From contig NC_058130.1 of assembly GCF_016433145.1 (NCBI RefSeq), positions 480,076,876 through 480,140,875 on the forward strand: 64,000 nt of DNA. Reading direction: 5' to 3'. This DNA comes from Gracilinanus agilis. Taxonomy: Eukaryota. The translations under genes and the position numbers were made by a program. This document shows, piece by piece, positions 38,531 through 49,760 of this stretch (within the stretch, counting starts at the first letter, position 1; each line of letters starts with the position of its first letter). The notes below the pieces were generated by a model, which worked only from the letters and a program-made list of their open reading frames with translations, was not told the origin of the DNA and made no database searches.

Positions 38531-41171
38531 ATGATTTCTTCCACACAAGAAAACCTTTTGGCTTTTGCCAAATTGGAAACCTTTACAGTTTCTGAATGAC
38601 TCCTTTTCCTGATGCTGCTAGGGAATCTTTTCTTAATTTCCAATACGAAGACCCAAAAGGCAGAAAATAGGAAAATGCAAACCAAAATCCAAGCAGCAAT
38701 ACAAATCCAAATGGACAATTTCAAATATGCTATGCACGATGCACTGGAAAAGAAGGATCCAATTCAAATAGCTGATGCAAAATTTCGAGAGTATTCAATT
38801 CAAAAATCTGATTCAAAATTTTGCGAGGCTGTTCCCGAAATACTCAGAGAGGAAAGTCCTATTTCTCCTATTTCTCCTGAAATAGAGAAGGGGATGGATG
38901 TGAAGAAACTCCTCTCTCATCTTGTGCATCTCTTGGCCAACCCTCCCTCCCCTGCAACTTCTCCTGACACCCTGTCTTCTGCTGATGCCCTGTCCTCTCC
39001 TGTCTCTTCTCTCAGTCCACAACCAACCCCAGCCCAGACCATACCAGTTCCTACCAATACAGCCTCCATAAGCACCCAAATGACTCAGTAAAAACAAAAA
39101 CCACAGACTGATTTTGATTCCTATGATGGCCTTTTCCTCTTAAGGGAAGTGTCTATATAAAAATAAACAGAGCCAGATACCAATGTTATGATAGAGGGGA
39201 GATAGAGAGAGAGCCTATGAAGGTGACACTGTCTTCTAGCTCTTCCCTCAGGGCTGAATGTATACTGCTGAGACTTTGAGGGGGTGTCACCTCTAAACTG
39301 GGTGATCTGGATGGTCGTTCCACCCCACAGGAGTTAGGGGGGAGGCTTCCCTATAAGAGGAGGTATTGAGTACCCCAATATGATTCTGAATGAGGGCAGG
39401 GTTCATGCAAGCCGCCCCTGAGATTAGTCAACTTCACAGCAGTGTGCTGGCTCCAAGATGGAAGCAGCCAGACCAAGCTGTGATTCCCCTCCCCCTAGTC
39501 TCTCAGGCACTCTGGAACACTATCTGACTAATGAATGCCTTTTATTAATCACAGTTCAGGGATTGGGGAAAGGGTTGAAGGGCAGAGGGATTTTGGGATG
39601 CCCTCTTCGCTATTTCTATGGGATCCATCACTCATGTGGGAACCTTTGGGGTTCCTGCTCTCAAGTGTCTCCCCTCAGCACTTCTCCTTCAGTTGCTATT
39701 TCTATTTCTATCCTTTTCTATAATTGTGAGTTAGACCAGAAAGGGTTTCTTAGCAAGGTTGGGTAATGGGGGAAGGAGCCTAAGAGATCGCTCTCAAAAT
39801 GGAGTCCCAAAACACTTAACTGACCCGACTGTTGAAGTCTTGATGAGTGAGAAGCAATGGGATGCCCTTGACCAGGGAATCAGGGGATCAGTGTCCCAAG
39901 AAAGATCCTCAGGAAGCCCTCGGGACTGGATTGGAGCTGAGATGTTCTCCTCCTCCCTCTCTCAGTCCTCCACCAGAAGTATTCCTTCCTTCTTCCTCTG
40001 GAGAATTACCCTGAATCCTCTCTGGTCCCAACTGTCAGTAATTATCACCAATGGCTTTCTTCAGGCTCTTCTTGTCCCATCCCCATCCTTACACCTACAA
40101 TAGGACGAACTGGGGATATGATAAATTTAAGACATCATACTCCTTTCACACCCCCAGGATATTAAAGAATTTAAAAGACATATCTCTAGTTTCCATGATG
40201 ACCCCATAGCCATAACAAAAAAGATGGCTAACATATTCTTCTAATATGATCCTTCTCATAAGGATATTGAAAAATTACTTTAGATCTTCCTGACAGAATG
40301 TAAGAGAAATAAAATCATCTCTCATGTGAATAAAGCCCAAGGGTGGGATGCTGCACACTGGACAGTCCAAGATCCTAAATGGGACTATAATGTTCCCAGG
40401 GACTATTTACATTAAAACAATGCTAGAACCACCATTCTCAAAGCAATGAGAGAATGTGCTGAACAATCTGATGTCTGGACAAAATTCAACCGTCTTATGC
40501 AAAATGATGATGAGATGCCCTCTCAATTTATCAATAGGCTCATTGTGTTGGGAAGTAAGTTCCTAGACCTAGATCTTTCTACAGAACAAGATATAAGATA
40601 AATATGGCATCAATTTGTTAATAATTCTAGAAGAGTGGTCCAAGACCATAAATGCATTGCCCAAAATGACCTGAGAAGGATCTGGAAGAATTAAGGAGAA
40701 CTGCTGTGTATGTCTCAAAAGGACATGCAGAGAAAACAGTAGAAACTAATGATCTATTGGAAACAATACAAAAAGAACTACAATCATTACGGAATAAAAT
40801 AGATGAACAGGAAAGAGGGCATGATGATACTACACCAATACCATTTGTCCATCTCCAAGAATCTATAGATCTCTAACCTGCCACTTCTATAACAAGAGGG
40901 CCACTTAATGATGAATTGCAGAAATCTATTCAAGGCAATTAGGAATAATATTAATAATAATAATAGCAACAATACTTTCAGAAACAACAATTATTGGAAC
41001 AGAAACTATAGGAATTGCAATTTCAGGACTGATAATTCTAGGAACATAAATCAGGCAGATAACTCACAACAAATGATCCCACAAAAGTATCTTTTAAGTG
41101 GAGCTCATCCACAAACTACTAACAGGGCTACTTCCCCTCTATGTGGGGCAGAAAGTGATGATGCCCCTTAA
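38531..41171 (+). pseudogene. gag: Endogenous retroviral gag (capsid p30-like plus CCHC nucleocapsid), with stops, frameshifts and a nested LTR
   Basis: ATG at 38531 in frame with ORF 38612-39091 (one TGA at 38597); GLFLLREV then, after the nested LTR, HTPFTPQDIKEFK..SFHDDP, QDPKWDYN, MHR-like QNDDEMPSQFINRL, and C-HF-(Y)-NKRG-H-LMMN-C knuckle (needs a 1-nt frameshift) near 40880-40920. Confidence 0.9.
39184..40093 (-). mobile_element. Solo LTR C nested in gag
   Basis: TGttatg...ccttaCA, 910 bp; flanks CCAA / CCTA (4-bp TSD, 1 mismatch); minus-strand AATAAA at about 39540; gag homology resumes directly after it. Confidence 0.85.
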
Positions 41172-41988
41172 ACTCTATTGCTTTTGTTGTTTTGTTGCTC
41201 TTAACCCTTTTCAGTTTTGTCTCCCTTAAAAAATAGAAAAGAAGAAGTAATAATTTTGAGTACAGTGCCTGTCTACCCACTTATCTTTGTTTGTACCATC
41301 CATTATTTGGCATGTACCTTTGTAGAAGTCCATAACAACTTATATTGCTAATTTGGACAACATGTATTATATTGAAAATTTACACAACTTGTATTTTGTG
41401 AATTTGGTATATTATTTGTACATATAGTACCTTGAAGAAAACCTATATTAGGATTCTTGTATTGAATTGACTTAATTTGCATTTGACTTGATTTACAGTT
41501 TGTGCTTTTTGTGAAATTTTTGTATTTTATTAAATGCATTCTTGCTTTTATACCTGTTTTATCTACCTCATTTGCACTCTCACTGTGGACCATGACTAAG
41601 TTAAGAGTAAATGCATTTAAATTCTTGGGTCAGAACCTTTATATTCTACTCCTCCTTAAGTGACACTAATTGTAATATAATATATATATGTATACATATA
41701 CATATATATAATTTTTATTGTCACTGATTATAAGAGATATAATTTTGAATTTTTAGCACATTTTTTAAAATTGTGTGTGTGATTTAATTTTTTTCTAAGC
41801 ACGTCATCTAGCTAAATTGAGTTTTTTATTATTAGATTAGTGTAGGTTTAGTATATCCATTAGTTCTAACTGTAACTGCCTACCCAAAAGCTTTAGATTA
41901 CTAAAACTGCCATTTGTATTTTGCTATTATGGGATTTAGTACATATATCTGATACAGAGAAATGTGATAAACAGAGGAGCACAGACCT

Positions 41989-42044
41989 TATCTATACAGT
42001 GCCAAAGAATCATGGATATCTACACAGTGCCAAAGAAGCATGCA
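41989..42044. repeat. 28-bp tandem duplication in the proviral 3' region
   Basis: tatctatacagtgccaaagaatcatgga / tatctacacagtgccaaagaagcatgca (3 mismatches). Confidence 0.9.
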
Positions 42045-42937
42045 CATAACCTAAATGATGCCAAAAGAGCTCACAGGTCAAATAAGAGAAACCAATCATG
42101 CTAGGATTACTGAGACTTCTATGCCAATAAAAAAGGACTTGAACCTAGTGTGAGACTCCAGGTTGTGGTGCTTAACATACGTTAAGATGTAGGACTTCTT
42201 GTACTAGACTCCTTGTGAAATGTATATCAAGTACCTAACAATTGGCTGTTCTGGCTCCATATTCTATCCCTAAGAAGATATGATGAAAGAAGAAATGATG
42301 AAATATCAGATCAATAAATAAAAGTCTAGTCCTTTTTCCTAATTTTCTTACTATGGTGTTTGACTGTGGTCCTGGCTGCTAAGTGGATAAGTACATGGTA
42401 TTAGACATGGATTACTTTAATTGGACATTATTCAAAGACCTATTGTGATTTTTTTCTTATTTAGAATTTTTTCTATATGAAATTTAGGATTGGATGTTTA
42501 GAATTTTCATCCAATAGTCATTTGACTTTTTTTTTTGGTGCTATTTTTCTGATGATTTTGATTGGCAGTGATTCATATGCCTCATGCCTCAGCCATATAT
42601 CCCTGTGCAATGTCAATTTTTTTCAATCCTCCTCAGAGGGGGGTGGGGATTTGTTTTTATTTCATATGAGAAGACTTTAAGTTATTTTAGTGAAAGAAGT
42701 TTATTGCCTCCTGGAGTCCAGATGGAGATGCCCATAAAGACTACATGCTGATCCAGGAGCCTGAGAGAAAAACTGGATGTGCAAAATTTGAAAATTGGGG
42801 GGGGGGTTGTTTTAAATCATTTGTCTTGTTAAAATTCATTTGTTTTGTTTAAATGCATTTGTTTTATATGATATGTGTATATTGTTAAAGAAATAATGGG
42901 TACAGAGGGAGATATAGATATAATGATGGTGATGATG

Positions 42938-43828
42938 TGTATCTGCCTATGATCTCCTCGGCTGCAGTTGATGGGAGGAACACCTACTCCTATCACCCTG
43001 GCTGCTGCTTTAAGTTATCCCCTTCTCTCTAACAAGTTTGGCTGATAACCTTTTAGAATTCCTTTAACAGCTGCCCAAGCAAAGATCCTTGAGAGGTTAG
43101 ATAGTTGGTTAACCTTTCCAGGCCCAACTTCGATTTGGATAGATTGATATTGGGCTATTGATCAGCCTTGGATAATGTTCAGGATATGACTGCATTCGAC
43201 TCCCTTCCCAAGGGCCATGATAGAAAGACCATTCAGGAAGGTACTTGTTATTGAACACTCTTTTATCTATAAATAGCAAAAAGATAACAAGGTCAAGGAT
43301 TGGGGATTAGAAAAGCTATTGATCTATTATCTATTAGACTAATTAACAATCAGGACTGGAGGCTACTGATCTGGTGGAGGCTTGAGATTTCACCTATCCT
43401 TCTATCTCTGGCCAGACCTGGCCACAGCCAAGCCAGAGAATAGAGAAGGCTATTGCTGCAGATGTATTGATGGTCTTTGTTCTCTCAGCTCTCTCACTAC
43501 TAATGTTGATGGTTCACTAGCTCTCACAGTCTAGCAGGAAATAGATTCAGGTTTATTCCTACCCTCTTCTTCTTCTACCTCCTGGCATCCCTTCACCACC
43601 CTTCAGCCACCCACTTCCAGATAGGACCACAAAGGTTTGCAGAGATCTGTGATCTCCACTTCTCAGCCTCTGAGTTCAGAGACCTTCTGAGTCCAGAGAC
43701 TTCCTCCAAAGTAGCTGTGAGGGGTATATATAGGGTGGGGCCAACCAACATTTGCCCCTGGCTCATGGCACCTGGGAACATTACAAGTCTTTCAACTGCC
43801 ACCCCTGTTGAAAAATTTTTTTTTGCCA
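42938..43828 (-). mobile_element. LTR D nested in the proviral 3' region
   Basis: TG...CA bounded GC-richer block; minus-strand TATA (tatatatacc, about 43725) and AATAAA (about 43552); no matching TSD found, so boundaries are tentative. Confidence 0.65.
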
Positions 43829-43931
43829 TTTCCCCCTTGTATTTATGTATGTAACTTTTATTTTATTGTGATTGTAAACTTGTTTATGTTTGTTATGATC
43901 CATTGGGGAGACTGGTCTCACAAAGGATCGC

Positions 43932-43939
43932 AGGGGGAA
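43932..43939 (+). other. Polypurine tract
   Basis: AGGGGGAA immediately before the TG of the 3' LTR. Confidence 0.9.
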
Positions 43940-44319
43940 TGTGCAGTTTAAAATGTTCTAAGTCCTGGGAGACTACATCTCCCAGGGCTCCCTACTACAA
44001 CTTCCTCAGACACATCCCACTTCTTTTGTGGGAGGTGTCTGAGAAAGTATAAGAGAGAGAGGCCACAGTGTTTTGGGCCTTTTTTTCTGGAGAAGTGCCT
44101 ACTGGAGGAGACCCTTTTCCCCTACCTAACTTAATAAATCCAGCTGTTCTATATGCTTAAGTTGTTTCCTGATCTTTATTGAGCCATGAAGGGCTCGGGT
44201 CAGTTCCCCCTCTGGGCTTGGAGCTATCCCAGCTACGCTACCTTCCTATTTCTGTTCCCTTTCCCTTCTTATTCCCTTCCTTTCTCCCATCCATCTTTCC
44301 TCCTACCACCTACATTACA
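43940..44319 (+). promoter_or_regulatory. Proviral 3' LTR
   Basis: TGtgcagttt...cattaCA followed by ACAG; AATAAA at 44133-44138. Confidence 0.95.
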
Positions 44320-44908
44320 ACAGGAAGGGAAAGCCAGTTATCTGCTCACCCAAGTTCCCTCCAAGAGGCAGGTATAGATAATGACTTGAGTGCAAGGTGA
44401 CTCCTGAGGCCAACTTTCTTCTTTGAGACAGCCTTCTTCTTGAAGCCAACTTCCTTCTTGAAGCCATTTCCTTTTAGGAGTCAACTGTCTTCCTGGAGTC
44501 CACTCTCTAGCCTCAGAAATTAAGGGCATTTTATTGTAGCTTCTTGTCTCCTTCCCTCTTCACAGGGGCCAATCACAGCTTCCAAATAGTTTAGTACTGC
44601 CCGGCAGTGTTTGTGGGAACCCGTTCACTCCTTCTGGAGGGGTGAATTCTTATTGAAAGGGTTCACAGTTCTGAGGGTGTGAACTCTAAAAATAATTCAC
44701 AAGTTTCTGACTGTTTGAGTTAGAAAAAAGGTTTGAACTCTCCCAGTATCTTGCTGGCTTCTCACCTACCACTAAGTAGGGTGTGAATTTACTAAGTGGT
44801 TTGCTCTCTCCTCCACGTACTTCAGGCTTGTACTTGAGTTAGTGTTAGCTCCAACTACACTCAAAGAGAACCAAGTGAACTCAAAGAGAACCAAGAATTC
44901 CCTTGTAA
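44320..44908 (-). mobile_element. Solo LTR A, right part
   Basis: Joins 37194-37395 across the TSD; 20-bp tandem actcaaagagaaccaag (44859 and 44879); ends aattcccttgtaa followed by aggg (versus gggg on the left; degenerate end). Confidence 0.65.
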
Positions 44909-46420
44909 AGGGATTAATGAATCACCAGCAGCAAATTTCTGACCTCTTAGCTCATAGATGGCAAGGTCAGAAGGAGATTTTGTGGGGGACACTTTTCTGA
45001 AATTAGATTTAGGAATTTAATTGATTTCTAATATGGTGGTCTGGGTTACATTCTCAGGACAAAGTGGTAGGGAAAGAAGGAGCATGAACACATTAGAGTT
45101 CTGAATGGCAAAGGAGTAGGGATTATGGTCACAGTTCCAGAGTAAAAGTCTGATCTTGGCCATTCACAAATCAAAGCACAGTCCAGGAAAGCAGTGATTA
45201 TACCTTTCAACTTACACATCCTCAGAATTCACTCTGAAGAATTGCAATTTATCACTTCTCTGTCTTTTGACTAAGATCAAGTGAGGAATAGCAGTGCAAA
45301 AAATCTAGAGCTTGAGCCAGTGTCCCATCCAGGCCAAGAGCACAGCCCAACTTTAACATACAGGTAAAAGTCAAGAAATAATCTAGGAAAATGAGCAAAA
45401 AACAATAACAAAACACCTGACTATAACCACAAGAGTAAAGTGAAATGGAAGATCCAAACAGAAACTTAGAAGGTGACATTAATATAATAGCCTTAAAGTT
45501 TCAAAGAAAAATGTGAATTGGTCTCGGAATCCTCCCTAACAGTATTCAGACATAAGACCCAAGAGAAACATAAACAAAAGGCAAAGAGGAAAGAGAAAGC
45601 ACATGGAATTCAATAGGGTTATTATGTTTTTATATTCCTACATGGGGAAATGATATTTGTAACACTTAAGAACCTATTAGGGCAATTAGAATGAGTTTTA
45701 ATAGAAAATGAGCAGGGCTATCAGTTGATTATGATGGGTATAATTTCCAAAAAGGTAAAAAATAAAACCAATGGGAAATTAAGATGGATGCATTTGAAGA
45801 AGAAGGAAGAGAGAAATAAAGTATCTCATAAAAATAAATTTTACCATTGAGGGGAAGATGGTGGGAATAGTGGATGTTTGAACTATCCCCACATTGGAAT
45901 AGACTCAAAGAGAAAAAAAACATACAAACTCAGTTGAGTGTTAAAATTTATCTTCCTTTTTATTGAAATGAGAGGAGGAAGAAAACAGAATGAGGAACTC
46001 ATACAAGAGATGGTAAATTGAGAGAGGTAGTGGTCAGAAGCAAAATACTTAATAAGAGAGATAGGATAAAAGGAGAGAGAGAGAAGAAGAAGAAGAAACA
46101 GTAGAAAAGTAGGATGAAGATAAATAAAATTAAGATTATATAAATTAAGATTCATAAATGTGAATATTAATAGAATGACCTCACTTAAAAATGGAAGCAG
46201 ATAATAGTGTGGATTAAAAACCAAAATCCTACAATATAAAGTTTACAAGAAACACATTTGAAATAGAGAGACCCCTAGGATAAAGAAAAGAGGCTGTGGT
46301 AATAGTTCAGCTGAAGTAAAAAAAAAAAAAAAAAAGTAAAAAACCCCTAAAACCCTCCAGAAAAAAACAGTGCTAACAATCATGATCTCAAACAAAACAA
46401 AAGCAAAAGTTCATGTTATC

Positions 46421-46626
46421 GGGGCAGCTGGGTAGCTCAGTGGATTGAGAGCCAGGCCTAGAGACAGGAGGTCCTAGGTTCAAATCCGGCCTCAGACACT
46501 TCCCAGCTGTGTGACCCTGGGCAAGTCACTTGACCCCCATTGCCTACCCTTACCAATCTTCCACCTATAAGTCAATACACACAGAAGTTAAGGGTTTAAA
46601 ATTAAAAAAAAAAAAAAGAAAGAAAG
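46421..46626 (+). mobile_element. Young SINE-1_MD-like SINE inserted in L1 ORF2
   Basis: Full-length with A-rich/(AAAG) tail; 15-bp TSD aaaagttcatgttat (46405-46419) / aaaagttgatgttat (46627-46641). Confidence 0.97.
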
Positions 46627-46738
46627 AAAAGTTGATGTTATTGAAATATAGTACTAAGGAAACTACATTATGCTAAAATATACCATAGGTAATGAATTAA
46701 TATCAATACTAAACATATATGCACTAAATGGCATAACG

Positions 46739-48078
46739 TGTAAGATTGATTCAGATTGGTAATGGTTGGTAATGGTGTCAGTGCAAAGGATCAAGCAGGC
46801 TATCCTAGCAAGGGGGATGGGTGAGAGTAAATAGAATTCTTTTCTCCTCCCCCTCCTGAGGCAGTTGAAGCTGAAGGGGTAAGAGTTTTAACTGAATCCA
46901 CTTTATATCAAGAAATGGAGGCTGTTTAGGCTTGGCTAATCCAGGGCTAAATTAGTAGACATGTAGGCAATAATCCCACTGAGATTAGCAACTTCCACAG
47001 TTAAAGATTATTTCCCTGATCCCTAAGATAGATAAAAGTTCAGGATGCCTTCTAAATACAGTAGACTTCCTCTCTGGATAACAGCTGTTTCAGTGCTTAC
47101 TTGAATGAAGATTTTGCTTAGGTAATGTATGCTATAGGTGGGTATAATTTAAGTATAACTTCACACCGGGTCTCAAACTTAACAAGGGAAGGGATTTATT
47201 AATTTCAGGAAAACAGGGAAAGGGAGGTAAATTTTAGGGTTGAGGGTGAGGCAATGTACCTAGTAACTTCAGGAAACTTATTAGATACACATTCCCCTCT
47301 GGAATGTGTTTTGTATAACTTCTGTCTCCCTCACAAACTAACTCTTCTCTTAACTTAATGTTATTAAGTTTAAGATGGTGAAGATAATCTTGATTGAAGA
47401 CCTATTTAAACTAGAGATAAGTTGAGATATTGCAAGTGAGGTATTATCCCAGAGCACACAGCCTGGTATAGTCTGTATGGAGTAAACAGCAAAGTGACTC
47501 CCTACTCCCTCAGGTCAGAGATAAGCTAACAAAAAGAACAATCTTACACTTCTTCTAGCCTCCCTTGAACCCCAAAAATAGTGCCTTGCCAACTGGATGT
47601 CCTGGGTTATATACCCACATTATTAATTGTCCTAACTGCCCCCTCTCCTGGAGTTCTGGAGGGTCCTGTGGAATTCTATGAGGCAGTTTCACCCCACTTA
47701 ATATCATGGATGTTACAGTAATCCTGGTTTTCTTGTACATATAATTTCCACAGGAAATTCTGCAGGTATCTTGCACACTTCACTTTTCTCTACTCTTTAC
47801 CTAAAACTATGATCTCCACTTACAGCAGTGGTTCCCAAACGTTTTTGGCCTATAGCTCCTAAAAAAAAATATTACTTAGCCATCTGGAAATTATTTTTTT
47901 TAATTTTAATAGCAATTAACAAGAAAGATAAATGCACCTGTGGCCATCACTGCCCCCCCACCTATATCATTGCAGCACCCACCAGGGGGTGATAGCGCCC
48001 ACTTTGGGAATCACTGACTTACAGCAACATAAAAAGTCTATTCCTATATCTTATTCTAACTTCCTACCACTATCTACA
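46739..48078 (-). mobile_element. Solo LTR E inserted in L1 ORF2 (contains a hAT MITE)
   Basis: TGtaagattg...tatctaCA; L1 endonuclease sequence is continuous across it; minus-strand AATAAA about 47197 and TATA-like about 47607; TSD degenerate (aacg / catg). Confidence 0.75.
47826..48016. mobile_element. hAT MITE nested in LTR E
   Basis: TIRs cagtggttcccaaa / tttgggaatcactg (1 mismatch); perfect 8-bp TSD ACTTACAG (47818-47825, 48017-48024). Confidence 0.95.
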
Positions 48079-49279
48079 CATGATATTTTAAGGATATATA
48101 AAAGAGTCCTAGGAGGACATAAAGAATAAAACACTACTAGTAAGGGACCTCAAATTTCCCTTTTCATAACTAGATAAATTTAACAAAAATTAACAAAATT
48201 AACCAAAAAAAGAAAAAATTAAGAAGGTGAATAAGATTTTTGAAGACTTAGATATGACAAAATCTGGAGAAAATTGAGAAAAAAAGGAATAGATCTTTTT
48301 CCTAATGGTACATGGCATTGATCACATATATTGAGCAATTTATAACTTTGTGTCCAAAGACTGTAAAAAAGCAGAAATATTAAACACACTCTTTTCAAAT
48401 CATAATGGAATAAAATTACATTCATAAAAGGCCTAGAGAAATATAGATGAAAAATTAATTGGAAACTAAATAATATAACTCTATAGAATAAGTGGATCAA
48501 AGAAAAAAATCAATAATTTCATTAATGACAACAATGAGAAAGCATCCCAAAATATATGGGATGCAGTCAAAATGGAATATCTATCTCTACATGCTTACAT
48601 CAATAAAATAGAGGGGGGGAAAGATCAATAACTGGGAGTGCAACTGAAAGAAATTAGCAAAAGAACATTTTAAAAAACAAAGATCAAATTGGAAATCTAG
48701 AAAATTAAGGGAAATCAGTAAAATTGAAAGTAAGAAAGCTATTGAAATATTAAAACTAGGATCTGATTTTATTTTTAAAAACCAACAAAGTAGACAAATT
48801 AATTTGATTTAAAAAGAAAGAAAACCACATCTTCAGTATTAAAAATAAAAAAAGATAAATTCACAACCAATAAAGAGGAAATTAAAGCAATAATGAGGAC
48901 ACGTTTTGCCCAAATATATGCTAATAAATCTGGCAATCTAAGGGAAATGGATGATTATTTTTAAAAAATCTAAATTTTCCAAATTAACAGAAGAGGAAAT
49001 GGAACATTTATATGACCCTATCTTAGGGAAATAAATTGAAAAAGGTATCAATGAACTTCCTAAGGAAAAAAGAATTGCAAGTATCAGATGGGTTCATAAG
49101 TAAATTCTACCAAATATTTAAAGAATTAATTCAACACTCTATAAACTATTTGGAAAAAAAGGGCAAAGGAGTCCTTCAAAATAGCTTTTTTGTTGTTACT
49201 AATATGATGCTGATATCTAAACCAGGAAGAGCAAAAACAGAAAGAAAACTATAGATCAATTACCAGAATGAATATTTTA

Positions 49280-49760
49280 CTGAGTTAAAAAAAAAAAGCT
49301 TATTCATGTATTTATAGGTTCCTTTTTTTCATCTGAAAACTGCCTATTCATATTTTCAGGCCATTTATCTGGAGTGGGGGGGGGATTACCTGTGTTCCTT
49401 TTTAATCTCATATAATCAGAATTATCCATTTTATATCTCACAATGCCCTCTATCTCTTGTTTGGCTATAGGTTTTCCCCTTTATTCATAGAATTGACATA
49501 AACTATTCCATGATCCCATGATTTGTTTATTGTATTACCCTCTATGTCTAAATCATGTACCTTTTTTGACTTTATATTGGAAAATTGTGTGTTTTATTGG
49601 TCTTTACTTAACTTCTGTCAAACTACTATTCCATTTTCCCAACAGCTTTTGTCACATATTGTCACATAGTGAGTTCTTGCATGAAAAGTTTGGATATTTA
49701 GATTTCTCAAACTCTAGCTTGCAATGGCCTATTACGATGGTCTATAACTATAAAGGGTTT
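49280..49760 (-). mobile_element. Antisense L1 3' fragments
   Basis: aaaactgcctattcatattttcaggccatttatc is typical antisense L1 ORF2 C-terminus. Confidence 0.55.

Larger units (their letters stand above)
37396..44319 (+). mobile_element. Non-autonomous ERV1/gamma-like provirus (gag only), LTR to LTR
   Basis: Two homologous TG...CA LTRs (37396-37792, 43940-44319); identical 4-bp TSD ACAG (37392-37395, 44320-44323); PBS-like and PPT motifs; decayed gag; no pol/env motifs found. Confidence 0.95.
36905..49270 (+). mobile_element. Old marsupial L1 (5' UTR, ORF1 start with large deletion, ORF2 5' part) split by nested insertions
   Basis: 5' end gagccaagttggtggaata at 36908; 5' UTR resumes about 44909; ORF1 start atgagcaaaaaacaataacaaaacacctgactata at about 45391; ORF2 endonuclease start (VNINRM...KNQNPTI..LQETHLK-like) about 46160; continues 48080-49270 to just before the RT domain. 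Confidence 0.85.

Noticed and set aside
38813-39097. 94-aa Gly/Arg-rich minus-strand ORF
   Set aside because: Antisense of the Pro/Ser-rich gag linker.
39458-40103. Overlapping 62-114-aa ORFs
   Set aside because: Within nested LTR C; no protein motifs.
45883-46224. 113-aa hydrophobic minus-strand ORF
   Set aside because: Antisense of the purine-rich L1 inter-ORF region.
46421-46500. tRNA-like A and B boxes (also at 60663, 34885 and 25058)
   Set aside because: SINE heads with CORE body, tail and TSD; not tRNA genes.
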